From: Callorhinchus milii
Lineage: Eukaryota
Assembly (NCBI RefSeq): GCF_018977255.1
Contig: NW_024704743.1
Span: 83,454,001 to 83,518,000, forward strand
Reading direction: 5' to 3'
DNA: 64,000 nucleotides
Shown piece after piece: positions 52,302-61,677 of the stretch. Every line of letters starts with the position of its first letter. The first letter of the stretch is position 1. The notes under the pieces are model-generated. The model saw nothing but the letters and a program-made list of their open reading frames with translations. It was not told the DNA's origin and did not search any database. Made by a program: the position numbers and the translations under genes.

Positions 52302-52338
52302 CTGGGGAACAACTGCAACTTGTGCAGTTTATTCTGGC

Positions 52339-52683
52339 TGTGTGTGTGTGTGTGTGTATTTGTGTGTGTGTGTGTGTTTGTGTGTCTGTGTGTGTGTGTA
52401 TGTGTGTGTGTATTTGTATGTATTTGTGTGTGTGTGTATTTGTGTGTGTGTGTATTTGTGTGTGTGTGTGTGTATGTGTGTGTGTGTGTATTTGTGTGTG
52501 TGTGTGTATTTGTATGTATGTGTGTGTGTGTGTGTATTTGTGTATGTGTGTGTGTGTATTTGTGTGTGTGTGTGTGTATTTGTGTGTGTGTGTATTTGTG
52601 TGTATGTGTGTGTGTGTGTATGTATTTGTGTGTGTGTGTATGTATTTGTGTGTGTGTGTATTTGTGTGTGTGTGTGTGTATTG
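52339..52683 (+). repeat. Compound (TG)n microsatellite with periodic TATT/TATG interruptions
   Basis: Direct reading; source of the CV/HT-rich ORFs. Confidence 0.97.
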
Positions 52684-52887
52684 TAAGCAATGTATTTATG
52701 TTAAACACACCTTATCTGTACAAACAGAATAACACTGACACGTTACAACTCTTTCAAATAAATGTCCTTCACACACAAACCAAACCCCCACTGAAACCCC
52801 CACTCACTCACTCACTCACCCCAGACCCCCCCACCCCCAGACCCCACACCCCACACCCCTCTCCCTGCAAATACAGCACCAACTTAC

Positions 52888-53092
52888 CCAGACGGGCTGT
52901 GGGGGTGTGTGTGTGTGTGGGTGTGGGTGGAGGCAGCAGATCACATCACATCAGATCAGATCCCAGGGTTGATATCACAAGCTGCTGTGGGATTTTCTCG
53001 GGATCCGATGAGTTGATTTTAACTTTGAAGATTGTTTCCTTTTTTCTCTCTCCTCCTGACACTCACTCTCTCCTGTTTGCAGAGGTGATTCC
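52888..53092 (-). other. Candidate first (5'UTR) exon; 5' boundary uncertain
   Basis: Donor TGG|GTAAGT (52882-52887); GA-rich leader on the minus strand; promoter-like motifs upstream at 53620-53730. Confidence 0.45.
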
Positions 53093-53093
53093 C

Positions 53094-53474
53094 ACAGCAC
53101 CAGCCCCAGAGCCCCAGCACCAGCCCCAGAGCCCCAGCCCCAGCCCCAGCACCAGCCCCAGAGCCCCAGCACCAGCCCCAGAGCCCCAGCACCAGAGCCC
53201 CAGCCCCAGCACCAGCCCCAGAGCCCCAGCCCCAACCCAGAGCCCCAGCCCACCCAGCCCCAGAGCCCCAGCCCCAGCCCCAGAGCCCCAGCCCAGCCCC
53301 AGCCCCAGAGCCCCAGCCCCAGCCCAGCCCCAGAGCCCCAGCCCCAGCCCCAGAGCCCCAGCCCCAGAGCCCCAGCCCCAGCCCCAGAGCCCCAGCCCCA
53401 GCCCCAGAGCCCCAGCCCCAGCACCAGAGCCCCAGCACCAGCCCCAGAGCCCCAGCACCAGCCCCAGAGCCCCA
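53094..53474 (+). repeat. C-rich minisatellite of CCCCAG/CACCAG/CCCCAGAG units (GGGGCT-type, G-quadruplex-prone on the minus strand)
   Basis: Direct reading; dozens of G4 runs on the minus strand. Confidence 0.97.
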
Positions 53475-53617
53475 CAAATAACAACAACAACAACAACAAC
53501 AATAATTATTATTGCTATTTTAAAACCAGAAGGAAGAGGTTGTTTATGCCTGTGGGAAGTACAAGTTGGTGATTATTGTACAACAAACCCCCTGTTGTTT
53601 AATTTCTTGTATTACAT

Positions 53618-53730
53618 TAGTGACGTGCGCTGAGACTAAGGAGTAATGAAGTGACAGCAGTTTCACTCAACCAACTAGTGCAGCCCAGACCCGCCCCTGC
53701 ACTGACTGACTGACTGAGCAATAAATACCC
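53618..53730. promoter_or_regulatory. Candidate upstream promoter elements
   Basis: TGACGTG (CRE/E-box-like) near 53621, GC box CCGCCC at 53691, (ACTG)n, AT-rich AATAAATA. Confidence 0.3.
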
Positions 53731-53980
53731 TGCAATACTCCACTCATCTACTCTCTTAACTTCCACAAAGCCCTGAGCAGCTACAGCACTAATCATACCA
53801 GCCCAACCAACCCTGTTTCTCTTCTTGGAAGGGCTGACCGTGGCTTGGAGCCAAAGTAAACTAAGCTCCTTATATTCCAGAAACCACCAGGCAGACATTT
53901 TATTACGTTTCCTTATTTTTTTCGCGCATGATTCCAGCCCCATCCATCAGAATATACAGTAAAAGGGAAGATGTTTTAAT

Positions 53981-54345
53981 CATAGGAACGTAGGAACAGG
54001 AGGAGGCCATTCAGTCCTCCGAGCCTGTTTCGCCATTCAATTAGATTGTGGCTGATTTGTGCCTCAACTAATCCTTTCAATTCCAATTTCCTGCTTTCTC
54101 CCCATTGCCCCCAAATCGGTAGCTGTGCTTTTAGCCACTACGCCCCGAAACTTTAGAATTTTCTCCCTCAATCCCTCCACCTTGTTCCCTCCTTTCCCAG
54201 TTTCAGATCACGCCTGAAGACTTTCCTCTTCGATCATGCTTACGGTCACCTCTCTCCTTCCCCCCAGCTCAGCATCAAGCTCTGCCACTGTTAAGCGCAC
54301 CGAGACCCGAACCCCAGTGAAGGGCGCTAATTAAATGCAAGTTAT
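53981..54345. mobile_element. Reverse HER1/HE1-type CR1 tail (53981-54070) followed by an old L2 3' fragment (+, 54105-54345)
   Basis: CATAGGAACGTAGGAACAGGAGGAGGCCATTCAG; AFSHYAPKL-NFLP...RLKTFLFDHA and L2 tail. Confidence 0.7.
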
Positions 54346-54627
54346 CTAGAGTGGCCAATGCCTACAGTTCACCTACAAAATACAGTCATTACACTTTACA
54401 GTAAATCCTGTGAAGCTGTTTGAGATGTCTCGATGACGTGATATCAAATGCAACCCTGATCAAACAACCACTTCATTCAGCAACCACCCCCTTTAACAAC
54501 CACCCAGGGACAAGCCAGACAGCCTGGTTTGCACCCTAATGAGCCCTTACTCAGAGGCCACCCTTATATAAAGGGCGCTTTGGCCCAATCCCTGAAAAGT
54601 TGTTGAAGACATGTTTGACTATAGACC

Positions 54628-54855
54628 ACCAACAACAACTTGCATTTATATAGCACCCTTCACCAGAGGTAGCGGCTTGGAGTGCTTAACAGGCGGAGCC
54701 TGACGCGAAGCCAGGGGGAGGTGATGACTATAATCACAGTCAAAGAACAAAGCTTTCAGCATGATCTGAAAAAGGAGAGGAGTGGGCAAAGCAGAGGGCT
54801 TGAGGGAGAGAGTTTCAAAGTTTCGGTGTGTAGTATCTAAAAGCACGGCCACCAA
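54628..54855 (-). mobile_element. Old L2 3' fragment
   Basis: CAACAACAACTTGCATTTATATAGCACCC tail and LKALFFD motif. Confidence 0.65.
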
Positions 54856-54931
54856 TTAAAACATCTTCCCATTATATGATCCATACAAGCCTGACTGTAA
54901 CTTTTTTCAAATGGCTGTGTTATTGCTGTTA

Positions 54932-55230
54932 TGTGTAGTCCTAGTTCAGTGGTTAGAGGACTCGCCTCGCAAGCGAAAGACGTGTGGTCGATTCCCAGTA
55001 GGGAGAAACCTTGGGCAAGTTTCCTTACTCCACATGCCTGATAATTATCCCTCAAGAAAAGAACCAATAATAAATTAGTCACGTCAATCCACGACTGTTT
55101 GTGGGACACTGCTGTGCGCAATTGGCTGCCATGTTCCGTCCACAAATACGCAGTCAATTCACTTTACAGTATATTCTGTGAAGCGCTTTGAGATGATTAG
55201 AAGATGTGAAAAGCAAGGATTGTTATTATT
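54932..55230 (+). mobile_element. Near-full-length tRNA-Ala-headed SINE
   Basis: Collinear with 282-607; small deletion in the tail. Confidence 0.9.
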
Positions 55231-56790
55231 AAATCAGTAAAAGGTTCCACCCTTTGATTTCCTAATACTATTGTTATTGAGCAACTGGAATTGTATGTGC
55301 ACTCTTTTAAACAAAAACTCTGACGATTGCTACTTATTTCTGGCTGTAAGTAACACAGTCACGACAAGTCTTGGCTGTTTAAATAAACCTTCTACATATA
55401 GAATTTGTGCCGAGAAAGGCTGATTGTGATTGTGTTCGGATGGCTTAAGCCACAACATCAAAGTTGGAGTTTTCTGAATGTCACGGGAAAAAAACAATTA
55501 AACCATCTTCTCATGATATGTTCCTTACACGTTTTAATACAGCACTTTTTAAAATAAATGTGGAGGTCAGAATGGCTGAGAATCTGAATGATTAGTGAGT
55601 GCTGAATATAAAGTGTAGCAACTAGAGCAAGGGCTGGCAAGAGCCAAAAAAGGATTGTGTTGGAGGGGGCTGACTGTCAGTGTGGTGTAATGTTCCAAGA
55701 AAAGTGCTTATGATATGTGATTCACACTGGGATAATGCAAACCTTTATTGTTCAGTTTCTAACATTTCACTTACTTATATTTAAAGTACAGTATTGTCAT
55801 TCATTCACTCTGGCAGAGCAGACCAGCTTCTTAAAAAATATATTTTGCTTGTAAATACTGTATTATATACATATATATATATATATAATTTTACCACAAC
55901 AGGGAAAGGCATCCAAAACAGTTAGGGCACTTGTTTGTAAAAACTAAGACAAGATTAACATTTTGAGTGATAAATGTCAATAGTCAAATTTGTGATAGTA
56001 ATATGTTTTACTTCAACATTGACATATTGTTTACAGGCACAGTCAGTCTCCTGTCAATCATGCATGTTCATCCCAAAGGTTTTGATCAAACGTATATATG
56101 CTTTGTAACTGATTTGATTAAACTGTTGGATTTTATCCTCATCAAAGACTAGAGGTCAAAACTGGAGACATTTCTTCATTACGCGGCTCGGTGCCACAGC
56201 ACACAGCGGTGTACTTATCCATTGACCCATCAGGTGAGTTGTTCTGCCTTTTCTTTTGGTCTCTGCACATCATGCATCACTCCAGATAATGTTTTACAGG
56301 TGGTCTGATTCCGGCATTCAGCAATGTTCAAATTGACAACAGCATTAGACGGTGCAAGGTAGAAGTATGATTCACTAAGCTATTTTCCCTCCATCTCCTG
56401 TGGGGATGCATGCGGCTTCTGCTTTGAGTTGATACTGTGTTAGGAACTTTCCATATGGTTATTTACAGGTGTAAATTCAGGTCTTCGTACTCCATCAATT
56501 AATCCATCCACCAACATTTTCAACAATCACGCCTTTTTTTTGAGTGTTGTTTGACATGCAATACAAACAGTATGCTGTATCTTCTTGCATTGTATATTCT
56601 GATTCTTGTCATCTTATTGTTTGTAAAGTCATCATAATTTCGCACTTCCTGATCAATGGTTTACTTTTTGATTCCTAGTAAATGTTTAGCTATTTCTGTT
56701 GCAATATTCGGCATTATCAATACAATCTTGCAGGACTCAAAGTTTTTTCATAAAGAGAATAACTATTCATGTAATTCAGCGACTTGGCAT

Positions 56791-58405
56791 CAACAACAAC
56801 AACAAAATTACATTTACAGAGCACCTTTCACGTTGGGAGGACGTCCCAAAGCACTGAATAGTCAGGTGTCGGGGCCCAAACATGGGGGAGGGGTGGTGTA
56901 GGGGTGACGGAAGACAGAGAGGTGGCCAAAGGCACAGTCGAAGAGAAGGGCCTTGAGACCAGCCTTGAAGGAGGCAAGGGAGGAAGTGAGGCGAAGGGAC
57001 CACGGGATGGAGTTCCAGAGTGTGGGGGCAGAAAGGCTGAAAGCCCGGCCACTGATGGTGGGGCGGGTCAGGCGGGAGACATGGAGCAGACCTGAGCCCG
57101 CTGAACGGAGGGAGCGGGCAGGTTGGTAGGGTGTCAGCAGGTCAGAGAGGTAGGAGGGGGCAAGGCCATGGATGGCCTTAAAGGTGAGGACGAGGATCTT
57201 GAACTCGATCCTCTGGGGAGCCAGTGGAGTCGGGCGAGGGTGGGAGTGATGAGGTCACGGAGCCTGGTGCGTGAGATACAAAAGCTGCAGAGTTTCGGAT
57301 GATCTGTAGCTTGTGAAGGGAAGAGTTGGGAAGGCCGATGAGGAGAGAGTTCCCATAATGGAGTCTAATGAATGCATGGGTGAGGGTTTTGGCAGCCTGA
57401 GGGGTGAGGCAGTGACGGAGTCTGGCAATGTTGCGGAGGTGTAGGTAGGCAGTGCCGGTCATGGGGTGGATGTGGGGGAGAAAGGACAGTTCAAGTTCAA
57501 ACAAGATACCCAGGTTCCTGACTGGCTTAGTGAGGTTGAGTGTGCAGCCATGGAGGCTGATGCTGCCAGCACCTGAGGTGCGGAGGCGCAGCGCGAGCCA
57601 ATCAGGAAGCCCTCGGTCTTCCTGACGTTGAGTTGGAGAAAGTTGTTCCTCGTCCAGGACTTGATGTCAGACAGGCAGTCGATCAGGACGCCAGTAGTCT
57701 TGGAGTTCAGGGTGGAGGCAGAGAGGTAGAATTGGGTGTCATCCACATACATGTGGAAATTTACCCTATGTCTGCAGATGACGTCACCAAGGGGGAGCAT
57801 GTAGAGAGTGAAGAGGAGGGGAACGAGGACAGAGCCCTGAGGAGGGCCAGAGGGGGAGGAGATCAGAGGACTCCAGTGCAGCGGAGAGGGATTGTGGGGA
57901 GATCTTCTTCCACGGGCAGTAGAGGATGGTGATAGATTTGTAGGTAGTGGGGAGAAGGATATGGGAGTTGAGGGAGATGAAATGGTGGTCAGAGATGGCC
58001 TTGTCAGTGATGGTGACATCCGAGATGCTGAGGCCCTAGGTGATCACCAGGTCGAGCGGGTGACTGTGGGTGTGGGTAGCAGAGTGGATGTGGAGTGAGA
58101 GGTTGAGAGAGGAGAGGAGATAGGAGAAGTCTAAGGAGGTGGAGCAGGAGGGGTGAAGTGGAGGTTGAAGTCGCCTAGGATGATGAGACGGTCGGAGCAG
58201 AGGAAGCAAGGAGGGTGGAGATGTCAGAGATGAAGGTGGGAGAGGATTTTTTGGGGGCGGTAAAGTAATAGAATTTTTAGAGAGAAGTGGGAGGGATGGC
58301 AGAGGGTAAGGTGTTCAAAAGAGGGGAACGAGTCCGTGGAGTAGGGGGATAGGGCAAGTGACGCCCTGGATATGAAGGCCACACTACCGCCACGACCCCC
58401 ATCAT
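56791..58405 (-). mobile_element. Internally deleted L2 LINE (APE endonuclease part fused to the RT C-terminal half)
   Basis: EN motifs GRGGSVA, LYRP, IILGDFNL, PLDLVI, SDHH; then directly [11 protein letters not shown]...HMYVDDTQ...[10 protein letters not shown]; (TTG)n tail. Confidence 0.92.
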
Positions 58406-59194
58406 CCACTTCATGCAGTCAAAAGCAAACATCTCAGTCCTTTTCAACACTAAAACTGGACAGTAATCCTGAAATTCTAGAATGAGTAACAATCTTCACA
58501 CAGTCATCACCACATTTCTCTTTTTATTTACTATGTGGAACATCAAAGTTTGATGACTTCGAGTGTGAAAAACCGATCTGGTCATGTCTCATCTATGTAC
58601 ATATTTATCGTGTAATAAGAGTAAATGAGGTGACATTTGCAGCACTTCATATCACAACCTCACAGGCTATGAAATATCTAAAAAAAAACGATTTTCAGAA
58701 TTGCAATTAATCTGCCCATGTGTGGCACTGAATCTGACCACAGGTGGCTCACAACTGCCAAGTGTAGAGTTGCTGACCTCTGCATTCAAAGTGCCATCGT
58801 CTTTCACTGTTTTTACAGCCATCTGGAATGCTCCACGTCAACAACAGCAACAACAACTTGGATTTATATAGCGCCCTCCACGCCAGAGCATGATGTAAGG
58901 GAAAATGCGTTTTGAACATGTCTGACTAGGATCCAGTCATTCTTCCCTGAATTACAAGAGGATTCATAAGAACCCAGAACTGAAATGCTAATGATCTCCC
59001 TATTCTGTACGCTTTGACAGTAGTCAGCCACAAAGCTTATCCTCCCGAACAATGCCTGGACATCAGTTATAGACAAGAATATTTTTACGTAGCTTTAAAC
59101 TGGGTACACAAAGGTCAACAGTGATGGCCACATTTGGGGGTTAACTGTTAACCAAGTAAACATAGGAGCAAGACAAAAAAAATCAAGTCAAACA

Positions 59195-59660
59195 AATGCA
59201 AGGTTATTAAACTGGCAGATGACACAATGTTAGGGGGAAGGATGGAATCAAAGGATGCAGACAGGAGGTTAAAAATAGAGCTCGGTGGAGTCTACACCTG
59301 GACTGAATTAAGTTCAACACAGAAACGTGTAAGGTACTGCATATTGGCAGTAAAAATACATATTTGTATTGGGGAAAGTTGAAAGAGACCCACGGCTGTT
59401 AGTTGATCCATCACTCACCATGTCAAAACAGTGCGAGGCTGCAATAAACAAGGGAAACAAGATGATGCCAAGTTACTTGAGCTCAGAACCCCAGAAATCA
59501 CAGTGAAGCTGCACATTGCACTGGCCAGGCTGCACCATGAGTACTGGATAATGTTCTGGTCACCACAACAGAAGAGGATGGCCCAGGCTCTGGAGGCAAT
59601 GAAGTATGTAGAAGTGAGAGTGATTCTCAGTATTAGAGGGATGAGCTATGAGGAATGACT
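59195..59660 (+). mobile_element. Old CR1 RT fragment
   Basis: KLADDTMLGG, FNTETCKVLHIG, LARLHHEYWIMFWSP, RGMSYEE. Confidence 0.8.
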
Positions 59661-59669
59661 AAATAAGCC

Positions 59670-59940
59670 TCCTCTGCCCCACCATTGGCAGACAAACCTT
59701 CCATTAAGCCATTGCATCCTTGCCCTGGGGAACTTTCTCCCAAAGTCTCCTCACCTCACAACCTCTCTGTTTTGAGAACCCCTTTGAAAGACTATCTCTG
59801 TCCACACCTTTGGTCAACTTCCTCCTCATTTCCCTTCACTCCTCTCTCACTTCATTTGGACCCCCACACTGTCTCAGTAAAGCATTTTGAGATGTTTTCC
59901 TATGTGACAGGTATTGTATAAGTGCGAGTTGTCACTGTTG
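59670..59940 (+). mobile_element. Old L2 3' fragment
   Basis: CCACCATTGGCAGAC...TTGAAAGACTATCTCT followed by an L2 tail. Confidence 0.55.
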
Positions 59941-60185
59941 TCTATTTTATCTCTACAAGACATGACGAATTGAAGGAACACGTTAATTTAAACAGCTCGT
60001 TATTTTCAATGAAAATGGTAGGTAGGGCCAAAGTCGGCATTTGACTCTCCACTGATGTATATATATATTATATATATCAAAGGAGCCAGAAAGCATTACA
60101 TTTTTTTTTAAAAAAGAACTTTCCACAAAAAACAGCCTTAACAAGATATTTTAATTATTTTCCTAGCCTCACTTCTATCATTCCA

Positions 60186-61249
60186 TAATAATAATAATAA
60201 TCTTTGCATTTGATATAACGCTTTTCACGTCTTCTAGACAACAACAACGACATTCCATTTATAGGGCGCCTTTCACGTAGGGAGGACGTCCCAAGGCGCT
60301 GGACAGTTGGGTCAGGACCCAAGCAGGGGGGAAATGGTCAGGGTGAGGGGAGGGAAGGGAGGGAGCGAGGAGCGGGTAGAGAGTCGAGAGGGGAACTGAA
60401 GGCACGGTCAAAGAGAAAGGTCTTGAGACCGGCCTTGAAGGAGGAAAGGGAGGAAGCAAGGCGAAGGCACTGGGGGATGGAGTTCCAGAGCCTTGGGGCT
60501 GAGAGGCTGAAGGCCCGGCCACCAATGGTAGGGCGGTTGGGGCGGGGGATGTGGAGCAGACCGGAGCCAGAGGAACGGAGGGTACGGGCAGGTAGGTAGG
60601 GGGATAGTAGGTCGGAGAGGTAGGAGGGAGCGAGGCCGTGAATGGCCTTGTAGGTGAGGATGAGGATCTTGAATTCGATCCTCTGGGGGATGGGGAGCCA
60701 GTGGAGGCGAGCGAGGGTGGGAGTGATGTGGTCCGAAGCCTGGTGCGGGACAGTACACGAGCTGCAGAGTTCTGAATGACCTGCAGCTTGTGGAGGGAGG
60801 TGCCGGGAAGGCCGGCGAGGAGAGAGTTCCCATAGTCCAGCCTTGAGGTGATAAAGGCGTGGACCAGAGTTTCAGTAGCGTGAGGGATGAGGTAGTGCCG
60901 TAGTCTGGTGATGTTTCGGAGGTGATGGAAGGCGGTTCCAGTTGTGGCGTGAATATGAGGAAGAAAGGACAGCTCAGGGTCGAAAAGAACGCCAAGGTTC
61001 CTGACTGGCTTTGAGAGGTGGAGAGTGTAGCCTTAGACGTCTCAAAGCGCTTTACAGAATATGCTGTAAAGTAAATTGACTGTATATTTGTGGGCAAAAC
61101 GCAGCAGCCAATTGTGCACAGCAATGTCCCACAAACAGTCGTGGATTGAAAATGTCCAATTTATTATTGTTTTTTGTTTTTTGGATGGATTATTATTAGG
61201 TGCGTGGAGTAAGTAAACTTGCCCAAGGTTTTGCCCTGCCTGGAATCGA
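60186..61249 (-). mobile_element. tRNA-Ala-headed SINE (head truncated) split by an L2
   Basis: 60186-60239 and 61034-61249 join into a reverse SINE; TAGAC is duplicated at 60235-60239 and 61034-61038. Confidence 0.88.
60240..61033 (-). mobile_element. Young 5'-truncated L2
   Basis: Nearly identical to 3980-4546 over the shared part; extends 5' to the VRNLGVLFD region. Confidence 0.94.
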
Positions 61250-61275
61250 GGGTGGTTTTTGGCATTTTGCCCTAA

Positions 61276-61677
61276 CCCCCGCCCTAACTGCCTTACCATC
61301 AGTGGCCGGGCCTTCAGCCTCTCAGCCCCCAGGCTCTGGAACTCCATCCCCCAGTGCCTTCGCCGCCTCCTCCCTTTCCTCCTTCAAGGCCGGTCTCAAG
61401 ACCTTTCTCTTTGACCGTGCCTTCAGCTCCCCTCTCGACTCTCTACCCCCTCCTCGCTCCCTCCCTTCCCTCCCCTCACCCTGACCATTTCCCCCTCCTC
61501 GCTCCTCCCTTCCCTCCCCTCACCCTGACCATTTCCCCCTTCCTCGCTCCCTCCCTTCCCTCCCCTCACCCTGACCATTTCCCCTCTGCTCGGGTCCCGA
61601 CCCAACTGTCCAGCGCCTTGGGACGTCTTCCCTATGTGAAAGGCGCTCTATAAATGAAATCTTGTTGTTGTTGTTGG
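61276..61677 (+). mobile_element. Young short L2 3' fragment with an internal ~45-bp triplication
   Basis: Matches 32956-33277; repeat units at 61446-61490, 61491-61534 and 61535-61580. Confidence 0.93.

Noticed and set aside
53030..53100. Strong-looking plus-strand acceptor (ctgacactcactctctcctgtttgcag|AG)
   Set aside because: No matching plus-strand donor or coherent exon follows; it is equally explained as the complement of a GA-rich minus-strand leader. Not fully excluded.
52320..53633. 437-aa ORF and overlapping CV-, HT-, GW- and PS-rich ORFs
   Set aside because: They are stop-free only because they cross the (TG)n and (CCCCAG)n repeats; no domain signal.
56160..56360. Plus-strand mini-intron pattern CAG|gtgagt...tttacag|G
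   Set aside because: The joined peptide is unrecognisable and has no supporting neighbouring exons.
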